Shown piece after piece: positions 12,191 to 25,790 of a DNA stretch of 64,000 bases; position 1 is the first letter of the stretch, and each line of letters begins with the position of its first letter. Source of the stretch: Paraspadella gotoi. Lineage: Eukaryota; Animalia; Chaetognatha. The notes beneath the pieces are model-generated. The model had not been told where the DNA came from, did not search any database, and saw only the letters and a list, made by a program, of their open reading frames with translations. A program made the translations under genes and the position numbers. The stretch is taken from assembly GCA_051294375.1 (NCBI GenBank), contig CM119265.1, positions 17,449,172 through 17,513,171 of the forward strand. Reading direction: 5' to 3'.

Positions 12191-13906
12191 ATGTCGGTCG
12201 AAGAATACCGTGCCGTTCTATCGCGGCTTGAGAATGTAGCCGACCGCTTGGAAGGAGCGGGCGGTGCCCCGTCCACTGTCAACGGGGCTGCCTCTCCGTC
12301 GGCTTCTCACGAGCATGTCATCAGATTCGATGACGTGCTTGACAAATTTAAGTCGTTCCAAAAGTTGTCCTTGGAAATTGGCGGCGACGTACTCACGAAG
12401 CATACGGATATGGTGTCCAAGGCTTTCAACCTAAACAGAGAGTTCATCATTATGAGCACTCAGTGCAAGCCCCCGGCAGATGACAAAGTCTTAGCAAATT
12501 TGTCGCTTTTGAAGGAACTGTCGAAAGTGCTCGGAGGTTAGTTCAGGGTTCAAAAAAATTTTACTTATATCAGTTGACTTTAAAGTCTTTTTTTTAAGAG
12601 GTGAACGATTTCCGCGAAAGAAATCGAGCCAACAAGGATTATTTCAACCACTTGTCCGCCATAAGCGAGTCCATCAGCGCCTTGGGCTGGGTAACCGTCA
12701 AGCCAACTCCAGCCCCCCACGTCAAGGAGATGGCCGATGCAGCCATTTTTTACACCAATCGTATACTCCGCGACTACAAGGAGAAGGACTCGCGCCACGC
12801 CGAGTGGACAAAAGCGTGGATCTCCATTCTCAAAGAATTGGAGGATTACATCAAGAAGTACCACACGACCGGCCTCTCCTGGAATCGCAACGGACGGGAC
12901 GCCGCAACCTACAAATGTGGCCCCACGACTGGACCCCCGGCCGGCAAGGCGCCGCCTCCTCCTCCCCCGCCCACCGTCGAGCAATTGCAAAAGTTGGAAA
13001 TTTCCTCAAAGTCGAAGCCTAGTCCCGCAGGAGACCGGGACAATCTCTTCAAGGATTTACAAAAGGGAGAAGGGATTACCGCTCATCTGCGTAAGGTCGA
13101 CCGGAGCCAGATGACGCATAAGAATCCTGAGCTTCGCGCTGGTTCTGTTGTCAAAAGCGACGACGTCAAGAAGGGATCGTCTTCGCCCAAAAAGGCGTGG
13201 GCGCCAGTGCCCGCTTCTAAACCCCCCATCGTCGAATGCCAGGGTGGAAAGAAGTGGATCGTCGAATATCAAAGCGGAAACGCCGCCGTTGTCCTCGACA
13301 ACGTAAACATGAAGCAAACTGTGTACATCTTCAAATGTGAAAATTCGACGGTTCAGGTTACAAAAACAGTGGTTTTGTTTAAATAATTTTTTTCCCTTCT
13401 GCTTATACGGCTCCCTTTCTGTTTATTTTAGGTGAAAGGCAAGATTAACTCCATTACCCTTGACTCGTGCAAGAAGGTTGGCGTTGTGTATGATGATGTG
13501 GTATCCACTGTCGACATTGTCAACTGTCAAAGCGTTCAGGTAGTGTCTAATGCAGAATAAAGCTATTTATTTTCGTCTTTATTCGTCCCCCAATTTTTGT
13601 TTCCTCCATCGGATTTCCTGAAAATGTAAATTTTTTTACAATTCGATCTTTTAAATGGCCTTTTGGCGTTCTCTCTAGGTCCAATCACAGGGTATCGTTC
13701 CGACGATCGCCGTCGCCAAAACCGATGGGTGTCAAGTTTACTTAAGTGAGAAGTCTCTTGATGCTGAAATCGTTACGTCCAAATCCTCCGAGATGAACGT
13801 CCTGGTTCCCTCGCCCAATGGCTTCGACGAATTCCCGGTTCCGGAACAATTCAAGACCACTTTCGACGGAAAAAAGTTGATCACTTCTGTCACAGACTCC
13901 GTTTAA
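12191..13906 (+). CDS. CAP1: Adenylyl cyclase-associated protein (CAP/Srv2)
   Basis: N-terminal RLE..ADRLE; [17 protein letters not shown], polyproline, WH2-like [16 protein letters not shown]; CARP domain ([25 protein letters not shown]). Confidence 0.96.
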
Positions 13907-14555
13907 TTAAACTTCGGGATTTAATGACACCGAACCTGACAGCAAGATGGATAGAGCCGGATGAAATTGACGATAATTCTGATAAAAAAATATCCAGATT
14001 ATTGTGAGAAAAAAAAAATTCCATATTTATGATGTTCTTCCAAACGCCATCCTTTGAATGATCTTCTCCTATCCGCTTTAAACGTTTTAGGCTTTCTGCT
14101 GGCGGTACTTCCATTCCACACTGTAGTGTTTTCCTAAGTTTTGATGAGTCCGCAAATGATTTTATTTATACACTGTTACTAATCACGCACATTCCTTTTT
14201 TTTGGTTCTTAGATCAAAGCATATGTTTTTGGGTTTTATTCTTCGTCACTCGTATTGTACGCAGTCTTTTATTTTGCATGAAGATTTATTAGGTGAAAAT
14301 GAACAAATTCTTGGCTTTGGTAAATTGTACGTAATTTTTTTTTTTCAAGTTTTTTTTAACTTTCCCGCTTGTGGAATGAAGCTGTTTCTAAATGTTTCCT
14401 GAATATATTTCTAAAAATAAATTTTTTTTACCGCCTTCGCTTATTTTTTTCTTCTATATTTTTAATAAAAAGTTAGACGAACGAACAACTTAACATGAAC
14501 TTTTCTGTGACTTGAGACGACGCTATCGCTGAAGAAAGAAAGAAGGACCAGAAAT

Positions 14556-17138
14556 ATGGCTCAGGCAGATGTCGACGAGGCGTCGGAACTATTGAAAAAT
14601 CTCGTCTCTTCGTCTGAAACGAAAGACGATGGAGCCGAAGATGGGTTCGTCGTCGTCGCCCTACAGATAATCGAAAACTTGCACAGATTCCGAGACGAGT
14701 ATTTCGAGTCCCACTCTCTTCTCCACGCTGCCAAAAAGAAGGACGATGTTGAGGAAGAGATAGAAAAGTCGCTTGTCGAGCTCCAGAGATTGTTCGAGAC
14801 ACGAGGAGACAGATGCCATCAAGCGTTTTATTTGACTCTTAGGGGAAGAATTAATAATGTTAGACAAGTAAGTGCGCTTTGTCCAGTGCCCACTGCCCAG
14901 TTACCAGGATTCTTTTTTAATAATCCCAATTGTGATTATCATTTCCTCGAGATTGCTGGCGAATCTATTCTGATCTATTATTTGTATCATTTCTTAGAAT
15001 TACTCTGAAGAAGCTTTTAATGACCTGTCAAAAGCAATTAAATTGGATCCTGAATTGAGCGAAGCTTGGAATGCTTTAGGAGAGTGTTATTGGCAAAAGG
15101 GTGAGATGGAGGAAGCTAAAAATTGTTTTGAAGGTAATTACTACAATGTGTACTACATTGTCATTGATTTAGAATTTTAAATTTTACTCGGTAAGAATAA
15201 AAAACCTTACTGCTTTTTATTAAGTATAATAATATTAAGTTTTTGACATTAAAACTTAGTACTTAAACAAAGACTAAGATTTACAAAATAGTTTTCATTT
15301 AATTTAATTCTAAATATTTTATCAGGATCTCTGAAACACTCAAAGAACAAGCTCGCCTTACGTAATTTATCTATTACTCTTCGACAACTGATTCATAAGC
15401 AATCTGATGAATTAGATCAGGTATTTCGAAGGAGAAACTATCGCACTTTTCCCGATACAATTTTTTAAAGCTCCGCTTTCGTTTTGAAAGGAGGAGAAAA
15501 TCAAGATGATATTTTTGAGTCTGGAGAAGGCGAAAGAAGCGGTCCAACTTGACACGAAAGACGGAATGTCCTGGAACGTTTTAGGAACAGCCTACCTCAG
15601 CCTTTTTTTCGCTTCCAACCAAAGGTTTATTGTTTATTCATAGTTTCCGGTCAGTCAGTCAGTCTGAAAAGATAATTTTTATCTATTAGTCAATTTTTAG
15701 TAAGAACTATATTTGGCATTGTTTTATCTTTAATTTTACTTTTACTTTTTTTAATTGACATAATTTTACTATTTTTCATATAGATTGTCAAACTATTAGA
15801 AATTATGAAAATATTTTAAAGATTTATCTCGTAAAAAAGAAAACGGGCTCAAAAACAATTTTTAGTAAATCTTTTCGCTTTTAAACCACCAAAGTTAGGG
15901 GCACGATAGCTTATTTATTATTTATTAATTTTTAGTTTGTTTTTTTATATGAAATTAGTACCTGGTTTTTAATCAGGATTGTATTATCAAATATTTATAT
16001 GCTTCTGTGCGTCAAAAATATATTTAAAAAATACTGTATGTAAAAATCGATTCAGTAGTAAGATAAAAAAATATTGTGTAAATGATAAATTCGGTCATAC
16101 TCAGTCTTAGTGTTTCGTGAGGTAGAAATCAAGCAGCAGTAGAATGGAACAAAAGTGAAAAAGGAAAGATTAAGGGTAGAAATCGAGGATGGATAACTGG
16201 GTGTTTGCTAATTAAACTCGTTATCCCGTTGTGCCTCATTCCATAATTCTTTTTTTGATATCATCGACAATGACGGTCCAGTCCAAAAACGTTGAGACAG
16301 TGCCTTTCCGCATACGCCCAAGCAGAGAAATATCCCGCCTTGAGAAACAATCCTGACCTTCATTACAACCGAGCGATGGCATACAAATACATGGAAGAAT
16401 ATAAAAACTCCGTTCTTGGCTTTCACATGGCTCTATGTTTAGAACCTGGTAAGGTTCCGTTGACGCTTTCCTCGATTTGATAATGACGATAATGACGATT
16501 TTTTAACTCGAACAGGCTGGAAGGAGGCCGAAGAAAACCGCAACAACATTTTGGATTTTCTCCGGAAAATTCAAGAGCAAGTAAACACCCGTGGAAAGAT
16601 CAAGGGCAAAAAATTGACGGCGTTCGTGTCGGCGTTAAAACTAGAAACGGCGCTGGGCCCATTCGCCGGTGGATCCTTCTCCAACAACGGAAATTCAATC
16701 GATCTCAATTATGTCCCTTTCTCAGAGTTGAAGCAGGGAGATAACTCTAACCGGGTCGTCGTTGGTCGCGTCGCTTCCTCCGTCAGCAACGACTGCATCA
16801 CCGCCTTCGCCTTTACCCTCATCGACGTCGAGAAGAGTTGCGTTGCCGTGACGATGTACAATTTGCGCGCGGGTGCCGGCGTTATTATCGGCGATTCTGT
16901 CGCCATCGCGGAACCCTTTATGGAAAGAGTGAGCTTCGAATTTGATCCGGACCAAGTGGCCGGCGCCGGGTCCCTGGCTGCGCAGAGCGTTAACAAAACG
17001 CGTGTCGAGTTCATCTCCCTTCGGGTTTCGAGCCCGCTGCTTGTCGTCGTCAACGGAAGAAAGTGGGGTCGAGACAAGGAGTCCTTCACCGAGCTCAGGG
17101 TCAACAGTCAGCCCGACCCCACATCGTGGACCAAATAG
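14556..17138 (+). CDS. TTC5: Tetratricopeptide repeat protein 5
   Basis: [64 protein letters not shown]; C-terminal OB fold ([29 protein letters not shown]). Confidence 0.93.
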
Positions 17139-17477
17139 TTTTCGATTGTTTTGCGGAGAGACGACGTATTTAATCTTTATTTTTTTCGCCCATTCCGCTC
17201 TCTCTCTCTCTCCTATTTATAAAAAAAATTGAAAATTGTTTTCCTAGATTTTACTGTTGTAAAATGTTTATGCATACCTTTTTTACATTTTCAAATTTTA
17301 TAAAAACAATTTTAAAAGCGGAACCCGAAGAAAAAGGGCCGACTTCTTAAACAACTGTCATTTATAATTTTATTTCAATCTATAACATCTGCGCGTGCGT
17401 TTTAATTGATTTTTTATATGTAACTCTTTATAGATGGACCATCTTTGTAGCCAGTGTGCGTCAGTATTTATATCGTA

Positions 17478-20400
17478 ATGAGTGTCAAGGCTTTCGAATT
17501 GGTTCCGGCCATCGCGCGGGAACAACTGATCGGTGACAAGTCTTCTAACACCTCAATTGTCTCCGTGGAATGCAGCGGTGCGGACTTTTACATTGGCGCC
17601 AGCGATGGATCTATCATTCGTTATCGAATGGAAGAAACCAATAGCGCGGATCGACCTGGGGTCAAGGCCACGAAAGTGAGGGCTTGTCGTTTTTAACTTT
17701 AATTAATTAATTAGTTAATTTCCAACACAATTAAATGACAAAACGCTTTTTTTCACAATCCAAGATTGCCCTTAAATTCTTGCCTCAAAAGAAGCCAATC
17801 TGCCATCTCTGCTGCGCGTCGGCCATCGAGCGTTTGCTGGTGTTGACCGACAATTCCGTGATCGTCCTGAATTCAACGTCGCTGGAGAATCTCTCCGGCG
17901 TCGGGGGGATGCGTCACATTAAAGGAGCCGCCTCTTTTTGTCTCAACGAAAATCCCGTTTCGGACGACCCTTTCGCCGTTTACATTTGCGTCGCATTGCT
18001 GAAAAAGAAAGCCATTCAATTATTAAGGTTAGAGCTTGATAGAAACATGAAGAAAAAATGCCTGTCTCACTAATTTCTAAATTTTTCAGCGTTTCCACAG
18101 ATAAAGTCGTTCCTCTGTTAGAAAAGAGTTTACCCGACTTTCCGTTGCGAGTGGCTTGGGACGGAAACTTCATTTGTGCTGCTTTGACAGCTCAATATGT
18201 CATGATATCCATTGGTAAAAACCTTTAGAATATTTATACAGTATTATTGTATATGTTATTACTTTACTCATCTAATGCTGTTTAATTTTTTTAAGACTTG
18301 AAACTCTGCAGGGGAAACCCTCAGGGGGGTGTCTCCGCCAAAACCCAGGAACTTTTTCCTTATGACCCCGAACGCACGAATCCGATCGTGAAGCGCATCG
18401 CCAAAGAAGAATTTCTTCTTGGCGGTCCGAACGCTCTTGGAATGTTCGTCACTGGAGAAGGCATTTCTCAACGTCCCCCACTTCAAGTACAGAAAACTTT
18501 GATAAATGACTAATTTTTGCTAAATTAGAAATAGACATTGATAGTTAATGGATAGTCGGTAAAACCGCCTCCCATAATTTTTTTTCAGAGGCATAAGCAG
18601 GAAATGTTTATATTCGATTTTATTCGAATTCAACAAGGTTGATTCAGTACAATAATCATCAACAAACATAGACTAAGTCTGAGCGAACGAAAACATAATA
18701 AAATAGAACAAAAAATTAATTAATTAAATTTATTAATTAAAACGTAAACAATTAAAAATTGTTCTTATGTTGTAAAAAACGGAACAAGTTTCTGAATTTT
18801 TTTCATTGTATAAATCTTTGATATAAAGGTTTTCTTACGATTATTAAAAATAGTAGATAGGTCTTGGTATCCAAACATACTCCTAAGTTCTCTCACACTT
18901 TCCAATCGATTATATCCAAATATCTTTCGAACACCATCATTAACAGCCACATTAAGTCTGTTCATATTACGTACGGAAAAAGTTTTTAATTCACAACCAT
19001 AAAGGAGAACCAGAACATGCTTGCTTTAGTGTTTACCGAGTGGGGCGATGGTTTTCACGATTATAGTCGGGTTTTTTTTCCCTAAGTGGTCGACTCGGTT
19101 AATTTCGGTGGCATTTTCCCACCCTTACGTCCTGGCTCTGAACGACGAGTTTGTCACTGTTCACTCGATCTTGGACTTCGCGCAAAAGCAAGCTCTTCCT
19201 TTTATTGGCGGCGTCGTCCTGGGAGATTTCGATGGGAAGTTGTTCATCGCCTCGCCTAGGTACCCGATTAACGAACAAGCATAAATAATAAATAATTAAT
19301 AAGGGCCCCATTGCGTATTTGCTTACATAGATTTTTTAAAAATTTTTAGAGAAATTTATGCGCTACTTCCAGTTTCGTGGGAAAAACAGGTCCAAGGATT
19401 GTTGGAAGATGGGAGGGTGGAGGAAGCGTTGGAGTTGGCGAAAAACTCACGGTGATTTGAATTTGCAAAATTTGTACGTTATAGAGCGAAAAAAACCTAA
19501 TAGCAAAAATATTTTTTTATCTCGCACAAGAGATTCGTTTTATTTTTGTTATAGATTTCATTCGACGTCTATAAGCGCAATTAACGTTCTAAATCGGGTT
19601 CGCCTCAAGGCCGGATTCATCCGTTTTCGCGATTGTGACTTTGACGGCGCGAAACAGCTTTTTCGTGAGTGTTTTTATTATTACTAAATAATAATTCAAC
19701 TAATAATAGAGATATTATTTTATTTCAAACGTCTTTCAAATAATAGCTGACAGTTGATTCCATCTTTTTCTACTTTGAATCGCGATACAGACGAAGGGGA
19801 GCTGGATGTTCGCGAGTTGATCAGCTTGTTTCCGCTTCTGCTTCCTTCTGACTCGGACTTTACTCGTAGCGTGCCGCCGTTGCATGAGATTGCGGACGTG
19901 ACCCAGATAGCTCGAAACGACGCGGACAAGCTCAAAGCCTTTCGAAGCTTTATCATAGATTACCTTGTCGATTTGAGGTTGTCTAATCAAATGACCCTCT
20001 TTAACTTACCCCTTTTTCGTGGTTTTTTACATCGTTTTTTACTTTCCTTGAACAGGAATTTACATGCGCGTCATCCCCTGGCTCGCGAAATCAATACTGC
20101 GTTGGTGAAGCTTTATGCAGAGCTGCCCGAAGGGACGAACAATGTTGAATCGTTGTTGAAGGAAATCGGCAAGATTGAAGCGACTGAATCCGAAATTGAT
20201 CTCGACTACATTGGTTAGATAATTACTAATTAAAGATTGAAGGAATTGCTTTTGAAAATCGAGACATGACCGAACGGGCGGGCACTCAGGTTGCGAACAG
20301 TGGCTCCTATTTCGGGAGAAGCATCACCTGGCGGCGATGTTGGCGATGAGTCGCGGCAATCATGAAACGGCCATCAGGACCTGGGTACGACTCACCGAAG

Positions 20401-21914
20401 GAGATCTCGTCGATGACTCTTTTCCAGGTCCTTCTCTTGGTAACGTATGTTTTTTGGGCCTAATATACACAAATTTTAAATTTACTTAATGATAAAACAT
20501 GCAAAGTCAAGTTTTTTAATGGAATGGATATTCTCATTGTGATGATTTTCTCCTATAAAAAAATTCGGTTTTAACTTTCAGGTCTGGAATTCGTTGTTGA
20601 TCAGATTTGTTCGGTTCCTAACGTACAATTGATGATGCGTTATTCTGACTGGGCTCTTTCCAAAGATCAGTTATTGGGCGTCAACATATTCACCCGGCGA
20701 CCTATAGGTTTGCTAACGACATTTATGTATTTATGTATATTTGTGATATAAATTTTTAGACTTAACATATCCAGACGAAAGTCATACAACGGAAGAAACT
20801 TTCAAACCATCGGTCGTCATTAAGCGATTACACAACAGGTTTCCTTGTTTATTTTAACATTTATGTTAGCTATTAAATTTCTAAGTTACAATTTAATTTG
20901 GTTTTTCCAGATTCCCGTTTGCACTCGTTAAATACCTGGAGCACGTCATATTCGAAAAAAAGATTGAGAGTGAGGAATTCCACACTCATTTAGCATTGAT
21001 TTATATAGAACAAATTTTGGACCACGACAAAGTTCGGAACGCCTCGGTGGTATCCGCTCTGCACGAAAAACTTAGATTTTTGTTACAATCGTCGAATACA
21101 CTGCGTCTTCAATTGCTTCTCGGCAAAATAAGAAATTACAAAGGTAATTTGGTCGATCTAAGTGGTTTAATGGTAATTCATCGTTTTTCTCAAAAAACCA
21201 GGCTTCGATTTCGAGGAAGCTATACTCTTCGGGAAAATTGGGGACTACACTAGCGCCTTAAAGATTTTCGTTCACCGATTAAAAAATGTAGAAGGCGCCG
21301 AAGCGTTTTGCCGTGAGTTGGCGGCACACAGCAGTGAACCGGAACAAACCTATAGGAAACTTGTCACCCATCTGCTTCACGTCTATCTCGACCCCTCTCT
21401 CGAGTAATGATTGATGTGTGGCTTTAATCATCGTATGCTCTTAAAATAAATAATTTTAAACAGGCCGGCGGATCGTGATCTCCTTGCCGCACCAGCGATT
21501 CATCTTCTCAATCATAGCGAAGCGTTTTCCTCCGGTGGTGTCAGCGACATCGCTAAAATCTTAGAAACGATTCCGGACAATTGGAGCGTAACACTCTTAG
21601 CCCCCTTTTTTTTGCGTACAGTACGCTCTTCTTTGCATCACAAGCGAATGGCGAAAATTGGATGCAATATTGCTATTACTCATCGCAATAACTTACAAAC
21701 CGATTTGCTTCGTCTGAAACAAGGAAACGGCTTCTCTTTAGAACTAGGCGCGCAGTGTTGCGTTTGCGGAGAGTCGTTGTTGCCCAAAAACGAAGACGAC
21801 GATCCCAGGCCTACGATGGAGCTGCACAAATATCCAAATGGCGTCGTTACCCACGCCGCATGCGGGACGCGAGACCGTAAAACTTGTCCGATGACGGGTC
21901 AAACATTTTCTTAA
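17478..21914 (+). CDS. TGFBRAP1: TGF-beta receptor-associated protein 1 (Vps3/CORVET subunit), many short introns
   Basis: MSVKAFEL, CNH domain, EFLLGGPNALGMFVTGEGISQRPPLQW, ELDVRELISLFPLLLPSDSDFTRSVPPLHEIAD, C-terminal C..C...YPNGVVTH..C. Confidence 0.93.
18600..18975 (-). mobile_element. 5'-truncated LINE remnant (RT C-terminal tail plus 3' UTR) in a TGFBRAP1 intron
   Basis: Minus ORF 18765-18965 RLNVAVNDGVRKIFGYNRLESVREL..F resembles the post-RT C-terminus of RTE-X/L2-type LINEs; downstream AATAAA on the minus strand. Boundaries approximate. Confidence 0.6.
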
Positions 21915-21986
21915 ATATCTTTCTCGTCCGACTCACCATTCCTTATTTCGTTTGTCCTACCTTTTCCTACCTTTTTTTTTCTGAAG

Positions 21987-22931
21987 ATGTTTGTGCGACA
22001 TACGATCTTTGCCTTGAGCGGCATTTGCCTCCGAAGTCAACCCTCGTTTTCGACTCGGATTCGAACGATGGCCTCTGGTTACAACTTTGAAACGCTACTA
22101 GTGACAAAGCTTTCTGAGGGCGTTTTCGAAGTAAAGCTCAACCGGCCTGCGAAACTAAACGCCATGAACAAAAAATTTTGGTTCGAAATGCCGGAATGCT
22201 TCGATGCCATCGCAGAAGACAAAGAATGTCGTGCTGTAGTCATTCGAGGGGAAGGACGCGCCTTCACCGCCGGTCTCGATTTAAGCGACTCTTCCATGAT
22301 GCAGTCGCTCTCCGGTTTCTCTGGCGATGAAGATGGCGAGGATGATGGTCCAGATGTCGGTCGAAAAGCCTTCAGTCTTCGCAAAACCATCCTTAAGTTT
22401 CAAGATTCCTTCAACGCCATCGAGCGATGTCCTAAACCAGTGGTCGCGGCAGTTCACGGCCCGTGCATCGGCGCCGGCGTCGATCTCATCACCGCCTGTG
22501 ACATCCGGTATTGCTCACGTGACGCATTTTTCGTCGTTAAAGAGGTTGATATAGGACTCGCTGCCGACGTCGGCACGCTGCAACGTCTGCCGAGAATCGT
22601 CGGGAACGATTCGCTCGTTCGCGAACTCGCCTACACCGCTCGACGATTGCTGGCCGACGAAGCGTACCGTTTCGGGCTTGTGAGCAAGGTCCTCGATGAT
22701 GCGGAAAAGGTCGCCGAGGAAGCGCGAAGTCTGGCCGCAGATATCGCCTCCAAGTCACCCATCGCAGTTCAGGGGACAAAGATGAACTTCGTCTACTCGC
22801 GGGATCACACCGTTGTAAACGGTCTTCATTACATGGCAGCATGGAACTCTGTCATGCTGCAGAGTGAAGACCTTATGAAGGCCGCGGTTGGCTCAATGAC
22901 TAAGGAAACTCCGGAATTCAAAAAACTGTAA
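21987..22931 (+). CDS. ECH1: Delta(3,5)-delta(2,4)-dienoyl-CoA isomerase, intronless
   Basis: Crotonase motifs LNRPAKLNAM, FTAGLD, CPKPV.AAVHG.CIGAGVDL..ACDIR, KEVDIGLAADVGTLQRLP; C-terminal KKL. Confidence 0.96.
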   Translation: MFVRHTIFALSGICLRSQPSFSTRIRTMASGYNFETLLVTKLSEGVFEVKLNRPAKLNAMNKKFWFEMPECFDAIAEDKECRAVVIRGEGRAFTAGLDLSDSSMMQSLSGFSGDEDGEDDGPDVGRKAFSLRKTILKFQDSFNAIERCPKPVVAAVHGPCIGAGVDLITACDIRYCSRDAFFVVKEVDIGLAADVGTLQRLPRIVGNDSLVRELAYTARRLLADEAYRFGLVSKVLDDAEKVAEEARSLAADIASKSPIAVQGTKMNFVYSRDHTVVNGLHYMAAWNSVMLQSEDLMKAAVGSMTKETPEFKKL

Positions 22932-23036
22932 TTTTCTTTCAGAAGGCGGAATTCGGTTGCTTTTGATATAATTCTTAATATTGGCCTTTTAGTTGTTTTT
23001 AATGATCTAGCGCGAACTCGACGTCCCTGCCTCAAA

Positions 23037-25030
23037 ATGGCGGGCTCCCTTGTTAGAGGGGCTCGTAATTTGGTAAAGTCAAACAGTCTTTTGGCTTTTG
23101 CCAATGCCTCGCCGTCGTTGAGTCTGTCATGGCAACAGAAGCGACAGAAGTCGGACGAGCTAATGCGATTAAAGCATGGGCGTGGCGGGCGCAGTTCCTT
23201 CACTGGCAACGTTGTTACAGTTTTCGGCGCTTCCGGTTTCGTCGGTCGTCACATCGTCAATCGTTTGGCGAAGGAAGGCACGCAGGTCAGAATTGTGTAT
23301 ACTGATAGTGTATACTGTGCATTTTGCCGCTTGAAGACTACCTTTGTAGAATTAGGCTTCTCCGATTGATTCAGGTCATCATTCCTTATCGCGGAGATTT
23401 CTACGACGTTCAACACCTCAAAGTTGCCGGGGACTTGGGTCAAATTTTATTTCTGACGTACGATCCTAGAGACTACGGCTCAATTTTGAAATGTCTTAAG
23501 TATTCTAATTGGGCAATCAACTTGATTGGAAGGGAATATCAAACGAAGAACTATAATTTTCATCAAGTACACGTCGACGGTATGTATTTTTCGGTTAGTT
23601 TTATTTAAAGTTATTCGTTATTTTATTCGAATTGTCATCCAACAGTGGCTCGAAATATCGCCCGAGCCTGTAAGGAAGCCGGCGTCGAGAAGTTGTTACA
23701 CTTTTCCGCCCTTGGTGCAAGTCCTGATCCTCCCAGAGCCCTGCCAAAAATTCCCAAACCCCTCACAAAAACCGCAGCTTTTTTGCCGGGCGGGTCGGAA
23801 TTTCTTCGGTCTAAGTACTTTGGCGAAATTGCTGTCAGGGAAGAGTTTCCGGAAGTAATAATTTTCAGGTAATGTTCAAGTTTGGGTGTGTGGCGTTATA
23901 TTCACCTCAAATCTAATTCAGACACGGACAATTGCTCAGCGCGGGAACGCACCAACCATTCTTTTTAATTTTTGCTCAATACCCCGATTTTTCATAATGC
24001 AGACCAGCGGACATCATGGGTCATACAGACAAATTCTTGCGATACTGGAGTAGCGTATGGCGCCGGAATTTTTGGGGTTATATTGCGTTGCACAAGAAAG
24101 GCGAATCAAGTGTGAAGGCGCCAATATACATCGCGGATGTCGTAACAGCAGGCGTGCATGCTTTAAAAAGCAAGCATGTAAGTACGATAAGATTTTTTTT
24201 GTTTTATAACTTGAGGACTATTGAAGCCGTGAGGAAAGAAAGAGAGAAAGAATTACTAGACAAAATAGAATAAAATATAATATATATATAATAAAATATA
24301 ATAAAAAAAGAGAAAGGGGAGAATGGGACTAAATTTTACTTTCGCCGACCGCGGTTTTGGCGGCTTTTGAAAAATCATATAAAAATATTTATTTAAAATT
24401 TTTTTTTTTTTAAATATTCCCTAATTACCTTAACTCTAAACCCATTTAACCCTTACAACTCCTAACCCTAAACCACCCCTAACCATCTTTAACCCTAACC
24501 CCGGTCGTCGAAAGTAAATAATATGAAGCTTTCTGTACGTATTTGTTCACCACTGTCCATAACATATTTTTTTATACATTATATAATATATCTCATCTTA
24601 AAAGCATTCCCTCTGCCTTTTTTAGATACACAGCCAAACGTTTCAGTGCCCAGGCCCTTACTTTTACCGGTTGAGCGATCTCATTGATTATTTTCTCGAA
24701 TGCCTCAATTTTCACGAAGTGAAACGCATCCGGCTGTTTTGGAATCCTAATTCATGGTCAGTCATCCTAATATGCAGCGCGATGGAGGTGTTCGCCTTTT
24801 CCCGTCCCCTGATGACGTGGGAAAAGATTGAGCGAGAGTCAATTCCCGACATGCTGGTCAGCGAATATCCGATGATCTCGGCTACGCTTCCTGAGGGATA
24901 TCAACTTACGCCAGTTGAAAAAGTTGCACCCTATGATTTGAATATGTCGAGGAGAGCTAATTATTACATTAGTTGGATGTCAGTTCCTCACCCTGATCCG
25001 CCGCGTCCCTTAGCTTTTGACGGACCTTAA
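23037..25030 (+). CDS. NDUFA9: NADH:ubiquinone oxidoreductase 39 kDa subunit
   Basis: GRGGRSSFTGNVVTVFGASGFVGR, VIIPYRG, GDLGQI, INLIGREYQTKN, ARNIARACKEAGV. Confidence 0.96.
24333..24520. mobile_element. Small MITE with TTTACTTTCGCCGACC-type TIRs and internal degenerate TAACCC repeats
   Basis: Left TTTACTTTCGCCGACC, right GGTCGTCGAAAGTAAA. Related ends at ~50-115 and ~37425-37465. Confidence 0.7.
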
Positions 25031-25271
25031 ATCATCGTTCGTTGAAAATTACTGTAAAGATTGCGACTTTTTTTTCCCTTTTTTATCACAAGAAATTTTC
25101 ATCCGATACGCCTTGTTTGCTTGCAAATCTGGCATTGTATTATATTATCTAGAAATATAGCCTGTCGGTGCGGCGTAATAGTTGACTTTTTATTATAGTA
25201 ATAATAATTGTTTAGTTTTTAAAAGTAACATAACGCAATTAACTTCCGCTACTCGATTTGGGAAAAATGTA

Positions 25272-25754
25272 ATGGCTGGAACTGGGATGAATCCTGCCAA
25301 GATTTTGTTTAGATCCCCTAAAGGCCCAGATGATGGTTCTGAATCGTCGGGATGCACGAGCTCATGTGGTTTTCCAGGTATTATTGCTGTCAGTATTGTT
25401 TTAATTATTATAGATAAGTAATTTCTTATATTATCTATTGATAGGAATAAGCTCTGTTGCCGATGACTCTACTACTAAATCTTCAGCTGTAGACTTGTTA
25501 ACTTTGAAACTGCAGATTGAACACGACACTCTCGCCAGGTAATTAAAAAATACTCTAAACGCCAATTTGTTTATTCTAAGGAAAACTTTTCGATATGCAG
25601 CACATGGAATTACCGTTATTGTTTTTATAGACGCGCCGCTATTCAACAAGAGCTTCATGATCAACGACTCACTACAATAAAAAAACTATTGCAAGACTTC
25701 GGCGAAGACGACTGGCAATACCCTGATATTGAAAAACTACTCGGATTGAAGTGA
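25272..25754 (+). CDS. ANAPC16: Anaphase-promoting complex subunit 16, 3 exons
   Basis: Exons 25272-25377, 25444-25538 and 25631-25754 splice in frame: ILFRSPKG...QELHDQRLTTIKKLLQDFGEDDWQYPDIEKLLG, compared with APC16 LFTYPKG...HDQQV...DEWRFKPIEQLLG. Confidence 0.82.
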
Positions 25755-25790
25755 CTTGTTTTTTATGACTGGTGCGAAACAAAGGTTACA

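Noticed and set aside
5997-25030. Non-canonical intron system
   Set aside because: All introns I traced could be resolved with GT-AG boundaries.
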